A stretch of DNA of 64,000 nt from Ginglymostoma cirratum. Lineage: Eukaryota. This document shows, piece by piece, positions 1 through 14,339 of this stretch. The stretch covers positions 35,651,085 to 35,715,084 of the forward strand of contig JAHRHZ010000023.1 in the NCBI GenBank assembly GCA_024137785.1, read 5' to 3'. Every line of letters begins with the position of its first letter. Positions within the stretch are counted from its first letter, which is position 1. Below the pieces are notes generated by a model, which worked only from the letters and a program-made list of their open reading frames with translations, did not search any database and was not told where the DNA came from. The position numbers and the translations under genes were made by a program.

Positions 1-124
1 ACAATATATTTTGTCAAATACTTCATCAGTGTTAATAGAGAATTCTTTCATAAGTTGCCTCAAACATATAAAATTGTCTTTATTTCAAATTATGCTTGTG
101 CTGTGTTACAATTACTGTGAGGGT

Positions 125-370
125 AAAGGCAGCAGAGAAGGCATTAGTCAAAATATTCCAGAACTCATTGGATTCCAGAGGGTTCCAGTGAATTGGATAA
201 CAGATAATGTGACACTCACGTTCAAGAAGGGAGAGAGACAGAAAGCAGGAAACTACAGGCCTGTTTGTCTCATGTCAATCATTACGAAAATGCTACGGTC
301 TATTATTAAAGAGGAACAAAGCTTAACATAATCAAACAGAGTCAATGTGGTTTTATGAAAGTAAAAAGGA
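125..370 (+). mobile_element. CR1-clade LINE ORF2 (reverse transcriptase) fragment, decayed
   Basis: Translation RVPVNWITDNVTLTFKKGERQKAGNYRPVCLMSIITKMLRSIIKE matches the CR1 RT N-terminal motif (VPxDWxxANVTPxFKKGxxxxxGNYRPVSL). It is followed by a QxGF-like remnant. Confidence 0.85.
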
Positions 371-3300
371 GAGGCTACCTCCAGGCTAACAGAACCTCAA
401 AGGCCAAGTAGGTTGCTTAATTTAAAGTGTTGCAGCCAGGATGGGAGTAATGGACCCTCCAGCGACAGAGTCATAGCTATGGGGGAGTATTGTTCTTGGT
501 GAGGGAGCTCAGTTAGTGATGTGGCAACTCTGAAGGTTGGTACCACCAAAGCCCCAGGAAACTCACTGGAAGACCCCAAGATTTACTGGGAAGTCTTACC
601 ATGTGATGGAGGCCCCTCCCAAATGCTGCTTAAAATCCTGGCAGGAGCTGGAAGTGGTTGATAATTGAGTAAAAATTTGTTTTAATTTGTTATTTAACTC
701 TGGTCTGTAGGCAACATCATTGTTGAAGTTCCTGCAGCGAAGAAAATATTCTGGCAGCAGGAATGTATAGGGTGCCCCTCCAAGAACATTTTGTGGTTAT
801 ATACACTTCCTAGCTCCCTGCCTATTTCTGGTGTATATTTCATCTTTTGGCTAATTTTATGGAGCTCTTTTTGCACTCTTGCAGAATTGTAAGTTCCACT
901 AATTTACCTACTGAGGCAGAAGAAACCCTCTTTTATTTCATTCAGTCTCAAACCTCTTAGGCCTGAAAGAAACATTCAAGGAGAACAGCAATAAACAGGA
1001 ATTCTTTGTAACAGAATGTTCTGATTCTTACAGGTGCTGACTTTTCCTATTTTCTTTCTGATAAATGTTTCACCAAAAAAAACAAAGAAAGCTATGATTC
1101 AGAAAATTGTATCTGGTTGCTTCAAAATCTGTTACATTTAAATAGTATTTTCCCGTGATCTCCATAACTGCAAAATTGGAACCAAATGAAATATTTAGTC
1201 TGCATTTGTTGGAAGTCAGCTTGGCAGAGCCATTTTTTCTAAGGTGGGTTCCTGATTTTCTGCCTCTGCTCTCAACGTCCAATTTAGTACAGCAGGCCGA
1301 CTCCTTGGCCTGGAGTACTAAGAAGAGATCAGAATAAAAACCCCAAATTGTTGCTACACTAAACTTGCATCTTTTAAATTGCATTTTTACATTACTTTGT
1401 AGCTATTTTGTAGGACAGTGTTACATGAAAACAGAAGGAACCATAATGCCTCACAACTGTGATAATAATTGATGTTTGAAGTTGGAGTTAAGTCTAATAG
1501 TGTCTTATGTCTGATCAGCGATAGGTAATGACTTACGAGAGCTGGCTATCCTTTCCCCAAACAATCCACATTGGCTGATAGTTGGATCTTAGGTCTACAA
1601 TTCCATACGAACATTGCTGTGAATAAATTTGATTAAATGCTCAGTTTGTCACATTCTATATTAAACATGTTGTTCTCAAAGACAGAACTGCTGTTGCTGG
1701 AGAAATAGTTTTCTGTCATTTGACTTTTTTTCACTTAAAGACAAGCTGTACCATACTTGCTTCGAAATACTGTGTGTATTCTCCATTACAGCAGCATTTG
1801 TACCCTCGCCCAGTTAAGTACCCAGGTAATCGTTGGTATAGTTTGTTAACCGTGATAAAGATGACAGTGATTTGTCCACCTTCAAGGTAATTGTTTTTGG
1901 TATGACTTTGCAGAGCAAGTTTTTCAATTTTAGTGGCTATGGCACGTAGGAGGTACAGTGATGCTAATGTTCAGACAATCGTGGTGTCAAGTCATTGGAA
2001 AGTGGCCATTGCTTTCTAAAAAAAATCAATTAAGTGTTTCAGTCAGTGAATTCAAAACACACGTTTGACTTAAAGCATAGTTTGACAACCATGATTACAG
2101 CAGAGAGAAAAGTTACATCTGAATTAACTTGCTGTGGCAAATTTTGGTTCGTGCCCACTGTACGTTAAATAAAATTATATCACACAACGCATTTTTATTG
2201 GAAGACAGGCAGCAAAATAAGGTTTTCATGAAGCAAATGGTGAAGTGATGCAATCAGAGAGCAGACATCGTATATTTATATTTAGCTACAAATTTGCCCC
2301 TTGCCTAAAGTTGTAGTGACATTTGTGTATAAGAAAATGATGAACCCATTAGTCTCATCATTATTTTGAGTGAAAATACTGGTCCAGTCAATCAGAGCTT
2401 GGAAGTTTACAACATATTGGCTCGACCATGCTTGGCCCAACTACATAGGAATGTCAGAATGGATGCTGTTAAGGAAATTAGGTTGAGCTGACAGACTGAT
2501 TAGAAAGAACTCTAGACATCATCTAAAATCTGTGTATCATTCTCAATGACCATTAAGTGTTTCTTGCCCTCAATTTGTGTGCATCTGTTTCCTTCCAAGC
2601 AAGGAATAGAGACTAAACCTAAATTTAGGATACATTTTCTGCCCAAACACTGTATGAAGCCATTTTTAGCTTAATGATTTAGCAGACATAATTATACCAT
2701 TACTTTCCACACAACTGAAGCAACACAAGATGGCGGAATAATTCTACACTTATGGTAATTTTTCCTAGAGGCCAGAACGTATTGATACCATTTACATTTA
2801 AATTAACATTGCTCAAATGAGCTATACTTTCACATTTGCCACTTCAAGCAAAATATATAGCAATCTTATGCTAACCTCCTGCTTTTGTTGTTGTCAATGA
2901 CAAAGCACGATCAAATTTGGCACATTTTAATTATTTTATTATTTGGGTGGTATGTGAATGTTTGCCTTTATGATTATGCTTTAGTTCTGGTGTGTAAAAT
3001 TTTATACTCTTTTAAGTGACTCTTTTGAGAACGGAGTAAATGCATCACTTGCTATCAGCTTTTGTTTGGATTGTAATTGCCCCAAATTGCCAGGAGTTTG
3101 CATTTAAGTCAATCACATCCAGTATTCTGATTGATTGAGGTGTCTACTTGCTGTTACATCAGCCTTGTACCATCCAGTAGGTGTTGTGAGGGATTCGGGC
3201 ATCCATTTGACTCATACAGTATGTCTGGCTTTCAACGTTCAGGCTGTAAACCCTTCTTCACCCTAAGATCCAATTTATAGCAATTTCCAATGTCAATAGC

Positions 3301-4465
3301 CTTGGCCTTTCCAGCATTATTTCAGTTGTTTAAGTGCCTTGTAATTATAGTTGACAGATGATTAAGAGGATCTTTACTTCTTCATTTTATTGGTCGCTCC
3401 CAGGGTTAAATTAACGTCTACTTTTCCGTCGTATCTTAGTAAAATTGTGTGTTGACAATTTTATTTTGTAAATCTGTACAAGTTAGACCTCAGTTACCTC
3501 CTTAGCGGTTCAACAAACTTGTCGATGTTTCTGTACATTTTCCTGCCAATCAACATAATCACTAATCCAGAATCTCAGTGATGCATGTAGTTTATTATTT
3601 TATTTTCCTTTGAAAAGTACCTAATTCCTCATTTTCCTTTCATGTATCTACGTGTGAAATCATCTATTCTCTCAATAGTTCCCACACATTTTCAATAATG
3701 ACGGTGATTTAGAACATTAAGACCCTATAATTTTGGATTGGCTGTCATTTATATTACTTTCCATCGGTCCACTCGCCTCCTTTTGCATTTATAATTGGAA
3801 AGATATATGGATGTTTCTGATATTGAGATGCATATGGGCGTGGGAATCTTCAATTATTCTAAAATAAATTGGGAGCATAACAGTACAAATGAAAAGAAGA
3901 TGAGTAATTCCTGAAATGTATACAACAGAACTTTCTTGATCTATCCATTTTCAGCCCATCAAGGAAGAAAGTCTCTGTCTAGCTGTAGGGAATGAAATTA
4001 GGCAAATGGAAATACTTTCAGTGGGGAATTGTTGGGAAACGGTGATCATAATGTAAGTTTAGAGCCTGTAGACTTCCTTCCCCACATTTAGGAGACAACA
4101 ATAATCTGGAAGCTCCTGGAGAGCTTGTACTGCAACATCCCACTAAACTACCCAAGTGTCTTAAGCAATTGTTCAAGGTGTCAGTACTTTGCTTCATCAT
4201 TATGCCAAATGATGCAGTATCTATATTTGGATTCTTACTATAGATATCACAGGAGATCACGAGACATACAATTGCAGGAAATAGCTGCAATCAGCCAGGA
4301 GGCATCCTTTTATTTCAAATACGATTACTGCAAATTAGAATTATGGCTGCTACCTGAGGAACCATGGATTGTAAGTCCTTGCAATTTATTAAATCCACAG
4401 TTACATAACCAAAGGCCTGCATGATTACATGGCTGCCCCAATAGTGCTCCACAATGCAGCAGACT

Positions 4466-5290
4466 TGATTTGATTTATTATTCTTGTCACATGTACCTAA
4501 GAACGGTGGAAAGTTTTGTTTTGCATGTAGTACAGGCAAATCGTAACATACAAAGATCATTGGGTGATTGAACACAACAAGGATTACGAAGTTACGGCCG
4601 CAAAGAAGGCGTAAAGAATCAAGGCACACATTAGATTTGAAATTTGAGAGGTCCGTTCAGAACTCTAATAACACCGGGGAAGAAGCTGTTCTTGAACCTG
4701 TTGGTATGACAGTCTCAACTTTTGTATCTTGTGCCTGATGGAAGAAGTTGGAAGAGATTATACTTGGGGTGGAATGGGTCTTTGATGATGTTGGCTGCCT
4801 TTCTGCGGCATTGAGAAGTGTAGATGGAGTCAATGGATGAGAGGTTGGCTCCTGTGATGGTCTGGGTTGTGTTCACAACTTTATGTAGTTTCTTACTGTC
4901 CTGGGCACAGCAGTTGCTGTACCAAGTTGTGACGCATCCAGATAGAGTGCTTTCTATGGTACACCTGTAAAAGTTGCTGAGGGTCCTTATGGACATGCTG
5001 GATTTCCTTAGCCTCCTGGGGAAGAAGAGGCGTTGTTGTGCCGTCTTGACCATCGCATCAGTGGTGGGTGGTTCAGAACAGATTGTTGGCGTGATTGTCA
5101 CTCATGCTCTTGACCATCTCCACCTCAGCTCCTTTGATATAGATAGCCATGTTGTACTGTTTGCTTCCTGAAGTCGATGATCAGCTCTTTAGTTTTGCTG
5201 ATGTTGAGGGAGAGATTGTTAAGTTTACACCATGCCACCAAGCGCTCTATCTCTTTCCTGCATTCTGTCTCATCATTGTTTGATATCTGG
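4466..5290 (-). mobile_element. Rex1/Babar-type LINE, 5'-truncated 3' end
   Basis: Minus ORF 4715-5101 reads AQQRLFFPRRLRK...LSNFYRCTIESTLSGCVTTWYSNC...IIKDPFHP...FQLLPSGTRYKS. Upstream NNLSLNISKTKELIIDFRK is a typical RT C-terminus. The tail (TGATTTGATTTATT on +) lies near 4466. Confidence 0.85.
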
Positions 5291-5990
5291 CCTGAATTAC
5301 AGTGCTTTGTTCTAACGTTGCTTTTGCCCCCAAAAAGGTGGTTAATGTGCTTTCCTCATCGCGACAGAGCTGCTGGCTGTGTCTGAGCTGTTGATCGATT
5401 AATGTCATAAGTGTTCCCATTGCATATAATACAATCTATTTCACAACCAAATATGGAATATTATATTATCATTACACTTCTTCAAAGTTAAATTTCAAAA
5501 ATCTAATTTAGTTTATTTCCTCCAACCAAATAGCTCAAACCTGTCAAGAATAATTATGTAAAACATGCAAAGTTACAAGGAGCTAACATTTGTAACACCT
5601 GCTCGCTAATTTCACACAAGATTGGCAGCACAGATGGATTTTAAAAACAATCTGATTAAAGAGATAAAACTCTTTTGTTGGCTTCTTCAGTATTCTTTTC
5701 ATAACCTTTGCTGGCAACAGGAATCATTTTTTGCTCAGCTTACTATTTTGCATTTGTTTGAAATAGTGAGGTCTAGTTGCAAGAAATTCAAATCAAGAGA
5801 TTAAACTGGTTATGGACAAAAGATGTACTTCTCCACATCCCTTTCAAATGTCTATTCAATTTCAATTGAATGTGTATGAGAAGATCCATTGGGGTTTTAT
5901 AGTTCTGATGCTGTAATTCTGCTGAGAAAACCAGGAATCTCCTCTGGTGAAACGAATAGTTTTCAGTCTTTACACCATTTCTCGGGAGGC

Positions 5991-6042
5991 AAGGTCAGAA
6001 ATCACACAACTCCAGTTGATAGTCCAACAAGTTTATTTGACC
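5991..6042 (-). mobile_element. Terminal fragment of PLE-type tail (family C)
   Basis: GGTCAGAAATCACACAACTCCAGTTGATAGTCCAACAAGTTTATTTGA is the reverse complement of the tail at 27082-27133. Confidence 0.6.
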
Positions 6043-6329
6043 TTGTCCATCCCAGATCCACACCAGCACCTCCACATTATGACTATCATCGGGAGGCAAG
6101 GCAGAGATGGTTTTTTTTATTGGTTTCCGCTTGAATCTGGAGATGCATTGAGATACCAGTAGAACTGAGAATACGGTACTTCTAGTTCTGCAATTAGAAA
6201 AACAGTAATAAGCAATTTCAAAAATATATAATTCAGCATTATAGTATTCAATAAATTTAAGATAATTAGAAAGATGAATACCTTAGCCCTAATAATGTTG
6301 TGTAGTCCTAATTTTACAAATCTCCAGAA

Positions 6330-6870
6330 GAATGCAGCACAAAATTAGGTCATTTTACCCACAATTCCTATGCCAGCTCTTCAAAAGGGTTGTTTGATTA
6401 ATCCCAATCCTCACCCATTTCCCAGAGCCAACCATATTTTTCCCCTTCAAATATCTATCCAAATCCCTTTTAGACATTATTACTGAACCTGATTCCACCA
6501 CGCTTTAATGCTGTATATTCCAGAACATTTCAACCTATTGCATTTTTTAAAATCTTTTGATCAATCTGGTTCCTTTTCCAATTTTCTTAACTATGTATCC
6601 TTGATTAATAACCCTTCTGCCACAGGAAACTTTCTCTCTGTGTTTCTCATACAAAACAATGAATTTCAAAACGTTTGCCAAGTCTCCCCTTAACATGGTC
6701 CAAGGACAACAGCCCCAGTTTCTCTAGTCTCTCCACAGAATTGAACTGTATGTGAGTAAAACTCCTTGGAAACTTCTCTCAGATTGTAACATTCATCACA
6801 AAGCCTGGTGCCCAAAACAGGCCAAACAAAAAATTCAGATGGGCCCAACAGTACATTAAAAAGCTTAGCA
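6330..6870 (-). mobile_element. Decayed CR1-type LINE 3' end
   Basis: Reverse-strand CR1 3' ORF2/UTR-like sequence (e.g. TCTATCCAAATCCCTTTT..TTCCACCAC, AACAGCCCCAGTTTCTCTAGTCTCTCCAC), recognised by eye. Confidence 0.55.
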
Positions 6871-7017
6871 TCACTTTCTGATAATGTGTAACTCTGTCTC
6901 CCTCTTCACAAATGCTGCCTTATTTACTGCGCATTTCCACCAATTTTTTTTAATCAGCATGTTTTTTTTTATTTTGTATTACTCTATTTTTAAAAAAAGC
7001 TTTGTAAGGGAACACCA

Positions 7018-7262
7018 GCCCTTGCAAGCTCCCCTCTGAGACACACCGCATCCTGGTGCGGAGCTCCACTGCTGTTTCTTCAGTCTCGCTGGGTCAAATG
7101 GCTGAAACTCCTTGACTAATAGCACTGTGGGTGTCTCTATGCCCCACAGCCTGCAGCAGTTCAAGAAGACAAATCACCAACTCCTTCTCAAGAGCAATTA
7201 GGAATGGGCAACAAATTCTGGCATTGTCAATGATGCCTACAACCCATGAACAAAAAGAAAAT
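7018..7262 (+). mobile_element. 3' end of a CR1/L2-group LINE whose tail is shared with the tRNA SINE family at 62928-63290
   Basis: Ends ...CAGCAGTTCAAGAAG...GCAATTAGGAATGGGCAACAAATTCTGGC...CCCATGAAC plus an A-rich tail. The last ~60 nt match 63228-63290. Confidence 0.65.
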
Positions 7263-8280
7263 CTGATAAACCTTTTAAGTAGCTTTCTCAACCACCTTGC
7301 TGTCATCAACAATGGCCTGGAAAGGTACTCTCCTCATCTTTCTGACCAAAAAGAATTATTTGCATCAGTCCACATTACTCTTGGTTAACTTTGAACAGCC
7401 TGCGCCTGCCCATTTCATCATCCGGTTGTATCCTCTTCAAATGCGTTACCATTTGAAGGCAATGGAAAGAAGGTCTGGAAAGATTGTTGTATAGGCAAAG
7501 CTAATATTATGAGTATGCCCTAATTTTGATAGGTCAACACCAACTCCAACTGAATCGGTAAACACATGATCTTAGTGTCAGACAGAGAGAAATCAAAGAA
7601 ATCAGCGACATTAAAACACACAGGGAGCCGGGTTTTTGTGGTTTTTTTGTTTGAAAAGCAACTTTCTGCTGCCTTCTCAAACCCCACAGCATATTTGTGT
7701 CCCTTTATGCTTGGGTATAAAATACGCTTGGGCCTGTTTTAAAGTTAGAGTCCCCATTGTGAGTGCCGCAAGAAAATTGTATTTCCTCTTGCACACAATT
7801 TTCATTTTCTGATGTGGTTTGTGGAAGCTTCTTTTTGGAGAGTTGTGACCATTGGCGAATGCCTGCTCGAGAAGTGAGAACATTCTGCGTGATGCATGTG
7901 AAAAGGTTTGACACTTTCAATTGTCATTATTATGCTGTTTTGTAATGTAGAAGTATTTTAATGCTGTGATTTATCTTAGTGATCTATTCTGCAAAGTTAA
8001 TTTGATGACGTTAGCTACCATCGTGAAGTGTTAGCTTGTATTTTAGGGCACTTGTTTAATTGAACAAAATGCTATGATGCATTAAGACTGTAAAAAGAGA
8101 AAAAAAGCCCTGCCAGTCTCTACTGCTGTGTTTGGGCTCTGACTTAAATTAGCTGACACCTCTTGTTGCTTATAAAAAAATCCCTGCTTTTGAAATTTGA
8201 AAAATATTTCTACACCTACGCTTCTCTAATCCTTGAGAAGCACCCGATTTTGAAACACAAATGTGAACACATTTTATAGG

Positions 8281-8385
8281 TTCTGGTGAAGTATCACTGG
8301 ACTTGAACTGTTAATTCTGTTTCTCTCCCCACACGTGCTGCCAGAACTGCTGAATTTTGCCAGCAATTTCTGTTTTTGTTTGAGA
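8281..8385 (+). mobile_element. PLE-type tail (family B) with decayed HHR
   Basis: TTCTGGTGAAGTATCACTGGACTTGAACTGTTAATTCTG...TGCTGCCAGAACTGCTGAATTTTGCCAGCAATTTCTGTTTTTG is homologous to 44700-44798. Confidence 0.7.
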
Positions 8386-8520
8386 ATCAATTCTGTTCCT
8401 TCAATGTCAGATAATGTAGTTGGAAGCTCTTGGATGAATGCTTGACTGGGATTCAAAAGATTGAAAAAGTCATCAAGTCAACAGATGATTCATTGTTCAC
8501 AAAGAAATATTAATGTTTAC

Positions 8521-8864
8521 ATAGAATCCCTAATGGGTGGAAGCAGGCCATTTGGCACATCAAGTCCAAACTGACCCTCTGAAGAGCATCCCACCCCCAG
8601 TCTCATCCCCCTACCCTATAACCACACATTTTCCATTGCTAACCTACATAGCCTGCACATCCCTAGTCACTAGGGGCAATTTAGCATGGCCAATCTACCC
8701 AACCTGTAAGTATTTGAACTGTGGGACAAAACTGGAGCACGCAGAGGAAACCTAAACAGACACAGGAAGAATGCGCAAACTCCACACGGACAGTTGCCCG
8801 AGGCTGGAATCAAACTTGCGTCCCTGGCACTGAGAGTCGAACTGCTGCGCCACCATGCTGCCCC
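8521..8864 (-). mobile_element. HE1-like (V-SINE) tRNA-derived SINE
   Basis: Minus strand begins GGGGCAGCATGGTGGCGCAGCAG (tRNA-like head). It has the central TGTGGAGTTTGCGCATTCTTCCTGTGTCTG domain and a CR1-like tail ending GGGATTCTAT. Confidence 0.85.
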
Positions 8865-11800
8865 ATTGATCCAAGAATCGTTGAAACTTTTAAGTGGATT
8901 TAATAAGAGCATGCATGTTTGGTGCAATTTCCTGTTTGTTTACAAACCTAACAGTTACTTAAAGGATTGCATTTTTTCTTCCTTTCTCCTGTATCAAGAA
9001 TGATATTGTGCTCAAATTTTTATATTTGTGATTTATGTTTGTGATTCCAAAATGTTACTAAATTGTTAGAGGTCTTTTTTTCCCCAGTGTTGTGAACTTA
9101 AATCCTCCTGTTATTGCATTGATCCAGTGGGCAACAAATAGTACATGCTTGGTGAACGGCTATGAGGATACATGGAGAGCATGTAGGTGGTGTGGTATGA
9201 GGCATCTGATGGGATATAGGATTGGATTTGAGATGGTGGCATTGAAGGAGTAGTTAGGTGCCACAGGACATCTGCGAGGGCATGGAGAATGGGTGGGGAT
9301 GAAGGGTCATGGGTTGACCTGATGGGATGGCATGTGTGGTTTAGGAGGAGAGAGGAATGAGATTTACAGTGTCTTTAAACAATATTGGGAGCTAAGTTAT
9401 TGTGTTGAATGATCTAGTTGGGCTTTCTAATGGCCTGCCACCTCACACACACACCTCATCATATCTCACGAAAAAACCCCACTGAGATCCCAAACCCTGT
9501 TCGAAAAGAAAAATACCTGTGAAAAGTCACACATGGTTCAGATGTGCATTTTGCAAAATGTAAAAGTGAGATGATTGTGTTTTCTAAAGTGCATAGGACA
9601 ATCTGGCCACCGGGGTATATGTGAACAGCCCAGGAGATAGGCAGTTAGGAGGTGGAAATGGAAGTGTGGAGAATTGGCAAGCTATAACAGACATTAAGAT
9701 GAAAAAACCAGGATACCATCAAGAGACTTCCTTACCAGCATGTTGTTCTAACAGAGGGATGCCAACCCAGACACCAACCAGCCCCATACACCAATGTACT
9801 GTAATTTTCCATCTCTTAGAAATTACCGGGGCACAAAGTTTCAAACTGTGCTGATGCACTGCAATTTATTGTTTTGTATAAAACGCTGAAGATTGACCAC
9901 ACGGCTCAATGAAACCCACATGTCAGATTAAGGAAAACTTTATCACTTAATGTGGTTCTGGATGGAATAATGCATTTACCACTAATACAAATTTACATTT
10001 TTAAAATTAATTCATGGTTTTGTATTGGAAATAGTCATGGATTAATGTAGTACTTAGATTTCTGAAAATCACTACATGTTTGAAACATATTCCTGAGGAA
10101 ACTCATGCAAATATTTAGGTCAGGCTCCTGGAACATCAGACAAGTATAGAATACAAGCACAAAACTAACACAAAGCACCAAAATAGACATGAAAAATGCA
10201 TAAAGAATATATTTTAATGTTACTCGCCTCACTTACAAAATTGCTTATATGGAGGCTGTGGACAATTTTTAAAAACTAATCTAACCTTAATTTAGCCAGA
10301 TAATGACCAAAACAAGCTTAATGAGGAGGAACTTGGCCAGGATGCTAAGTTTAGGCATGCATTTATTTTCAGTGCTGTTGGGAGTCGGTAGGAAACGTGT
10401 TAGCGTAAACCAGGCCAGCATTATTGGAATCATGGGTGGTAAAATAAAATCTGCGTTAATTGAAATTTCTTTAATCAAGAACTATCTGCATTAATTGAGA
10501 GTAAAGCACTGGAAATCTGTGTCTGAATTTCATATAATATAATGATGCAGTTATCACATTCACATAGAATCTGTCGTCCCAAATTCTTTCAGCTTAATAC
10601 AATGTGAAAACTGAAGGTTTCCATTGTGAGGCTGATAGAAAATGCTTTAACTATGTAAAAATGACAATAATTCGAACAAAAGTATTTCATGTCCATGTAT
10701 TTGCAAGCTGCTAAATAGTGAAAATAGCAACAACTGTTTTTATAAAGAAAAGGAAACAACGTAGGAGGAGATCAGCTTGACGCAGCACTGGTTCTTTCTT
10801 CGCAAGCCAGTCAATTAAAATCAATACAACGTTGCACTCTTTCTAATCAAGGGTTACCTATTCTCATTAGGAAACAGCAGAAGAAAAAGTAAATAATAAT
10901 CTGATAAAACGGCATTACATGTACATTAAAGCCAAACCTAAAGAATTGTTCAATATATTCATAAATGTTATTGCATTGATGTGGAGGTACTTGATAACTG
11001 ATGCGAATAATTTAAAGAAATGTTGAGTACCAGGTTATGCTGACTGTTCAGTTCAATAAGTTAATTGACAATAAATCCTAGCTGACTATAAAAAGCAGCA
11101 GACTTGTCATTTTCAAGCTGGTCATGATTTTTCATGATGCAGGACTTTCAATTCAAAGGCATGATTAAAAATAGTGTTATTTCCAACTACCGGTATTTGA
11201 TTTAATTATCTAATCAGCCATAAATCATTCTCTATTGAAAAAGTAATTCAATATAGATGATATTTTTCTGGCAATTTTCTTTCCAGCATTGAGATCTGTA
11301 AGTAACATAGTAATAAATGACTAAATGGCATTTCATTATAATAAGGGACTTGATCGTCATGTGCACAGTTGAGTCAATGATTTATCCAAGTTCAAGAAGT
11401 TCAATGTGCATCCAATAAAACAGGAATGTTCCACATTTAGTGCTTATAAACTTTTACAAATCTGATCAACTGCATAGCAACGCCATTTTCTTAATGAAAT
11501 ATTCAGCTGAGAACCAATAAAAATATTACTTAGTGGGGGCACGTTTATATGTTTTTAAATGGTTGGTAATATTTCACATCACAACTCAATGGAATCCTCC
11601 TTATATTTCTGATGACTTTCAAATATTATGTAGGTATTTTGAGAAAAGTCTGAAGGTTAAAAATAACGATCCCTCCCTGTTTCTCTGTTTATGACTTGTG
11701 GAGGTCAACAAACCAAAAGAATAAAATTTACCAAATAGTGCAAATGAGAAAACCAAATGGACAAAAATCCCATTTTAAAGCATTGATTTTACAAAAAAAA

Positions 11801-14339
11801 AATCAAAAAATCAACATCAATTATACACGACTTAACAGGTAAATTATAGTCAATATTTGCTCTAAATTATATATTGAATATCAGATACAACAGAGATAGA
11901 CCTCATTGGTTTATTACACAGTAAGTATGACATCAACTTCAGCCATAAAGTCTTCCCTTCCAAAATCCGAACATCCTCAGGTAGAATTCTAGTTACTTTT
12001 TATTGAGGATCAAGCCACCAATTCATTGCCATCAACTTTTGTAAACCATCCACGATTCATATGCATTGTCTTCACCACACTTAGAGAAACTCAACTCTAT
12101 TCATGATTTCACCAGAACTCCCTTTATCCAAACACCCAGTAACAACCCTCATTCACGTACCACTAGGTTTTAACAAATCCAACTGACTTGTCTTTAGGTT
12201 CAACCACCAGTGATCCCACTGACCATTTGGTGAAGTTTGTGGAAATCTTGCTGTGAGGCGGGAATTCTGTTGAGAAAATTAATGAGAAGTTCTCCAGTTA
12301 AAGCGTTCCAGATTTCTCAATGGAAAATCCTGAAAATCATTTATTCCCAATCCCTTCATATTCTTTAGTGAACCCTGCGTGCCGATGTCTCTGACTGGTT
12401 CAGCGTTTCCAGCACTTTCTGTTCCAGCTCTAGTGGGACATAACTTTGTTTCTCTCTGGCAATTCTAAAAGAGGAGCAGAGAAAGAGCAGTTACAGTGTG
12501 ATGCTGAAAAGCAGAGTTAACACTTGACTTTCAATAGTTTGCTAATGGACTAGGTGAAGGACAAAATGGAGCCAGTACAAAATTACGTTCTCTACAGAAC
12601 TCGAGTTTCTGAATTGCGCATCCAAGTTTTAGTTGAAGAGGTGGGACCAAGAAGACTGTTCGCTTCTGATTCTTGCTGGATAGGGAGGTGTTGCCAAACA
12701 TATTCAACTTACACATCAGGGCAAATGCAAGAATACTTGGAGAGTATATTTCGTTTCAACATGATACTACTTTGGTGAGTAGTGTCAACTGGCAACCAGT
12801 CAGCAGCATTTTCTCCAGTGGTATAAATTGTAGGGATTGTTTAAAAATGATTGTTCTTACATTTGTGGAAAGGCTTTGGTGACATATCCACCTTTTCAAT
12901 TATATTCAAATTCTGTACTATCAAGCAAACCCATCGGAGACCATCGTCTGTGCTTGACGTGAAACAGAATGAAAATTTTTGCACTTTCAAAATAGCCAGG
13001 GTGGACGAATAGCCTGAACCCGAGGTAGAGTAGTGCTATTAAAATGTCAATGGTATGGAATGAATCCTCTGTAAAACCTGCACTTTTTTTTAGTCAAATA
13101 ATACTTTTTTCATGTTGCATACCCTGCTCGCAACTGACCAGAAGAGTTCGGCTTTACACAACGCCCAACAGCCACTCATCCTTGCACCAATTTTGATAGC
13201 TTCAAAGGCCAGCTCTTAAGAGCTTCTTAATGAACTAAATATGTCCAATTAATGCTGCAGGCAGTTTTGCTGTCCCTTCCTTTCTACTTCTCCATCCACC
13301 CTTGAGGAAATCAGTGAAGATGGGATGGATGGCAGAACATTGTGGCATATGATGGTGGCACCATTTATTTTAGTTGCTAGCCTCCATGCCTACTCTGATT
13401 GGCACATGAAAATCCAACCCATAGTGCCTGAGGGGTGAAGTTTGGTCTGCCACCTATTGCAGCTCATTCTTATATTATGGGCTTTCTCTTCCTTTCTAAT
13501 GATTGCAAAACAAGAGAATTGCCTACCGATAGGCAAGGTTCAGTAAAACCAAAGTTTTTCCCTTGGGGCATGTTTGAGATAAGCAGAGGTGTGGGCAGGA
13601 GGGCAGTCTTCACAGACTCCCAATCTGTGTTAATTCCTAAAGTCAGCAAGATGGACATCAGGGGCTACAAGTGGCAGAGGGAAATCAATTCAAAGATCTT
13701 GAATAGAAACCAAAGTGATTGGCTTCAGATGATCTCAGCTAGCTGAGTGAAGGCTTTGCTTTTACGTAACAAAGGCATGCAGAGGTTCAGCGACAAGGTT
13801 AGAACAGAGCAGATCCAGGGATTCCTCCTGCCCTTGCGGAAATACCATCTGGCCCACAAGGGGTGCAATGTTCTGCAACCTACCCAGAGATTTTGGAACG
13901 GACGACAGGAATCATTTCATTGGGAAGGAAGCAAAAATTCAGTTTCCTGATGATGAGTTTTGCCGTTGAATTCAGAAACTTCCAGCTTCTTTATTTCTTT
14001 TGCATTTATCATCATAGCATGACTATTCAAAAACACCCCAGTCTGCTGGAAGTATATTTACAGATTTAATCCTAACAGGCTAAATGTGTTCACAAAAACT
14101 ATAATGAATACGCACAACATATTCACTTCTTGCCCTAAGTTCCAGTAAGTACAAATCTTTCCAGTAACTTGGGTCCTTCATAACCAAGCCACGTCTTTGC
14201 GCAAACGTTTCCAGTGTAAGGTGGGTAGTATGACTGAGTCAACCAGCTCATGATAAGTCTCAGTCAGATTAGTTCTGGCCTGGCAGCATCAACAACCCTG
14301 TCCAAACAAGACAGTCAAGCCAACTGATGGCGGGACAGC

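Noticed and set aside
7677-7945. Three overlapping short ORFs and a TATAAAA motif
   Set aside because: No recognisable domain or promoter context; compatible with chance.
14231-14268. TGACTGAG...CTCAGTCA short inverted repeat
   Set aside because: Only an 8-bp stem, with no supporting context.
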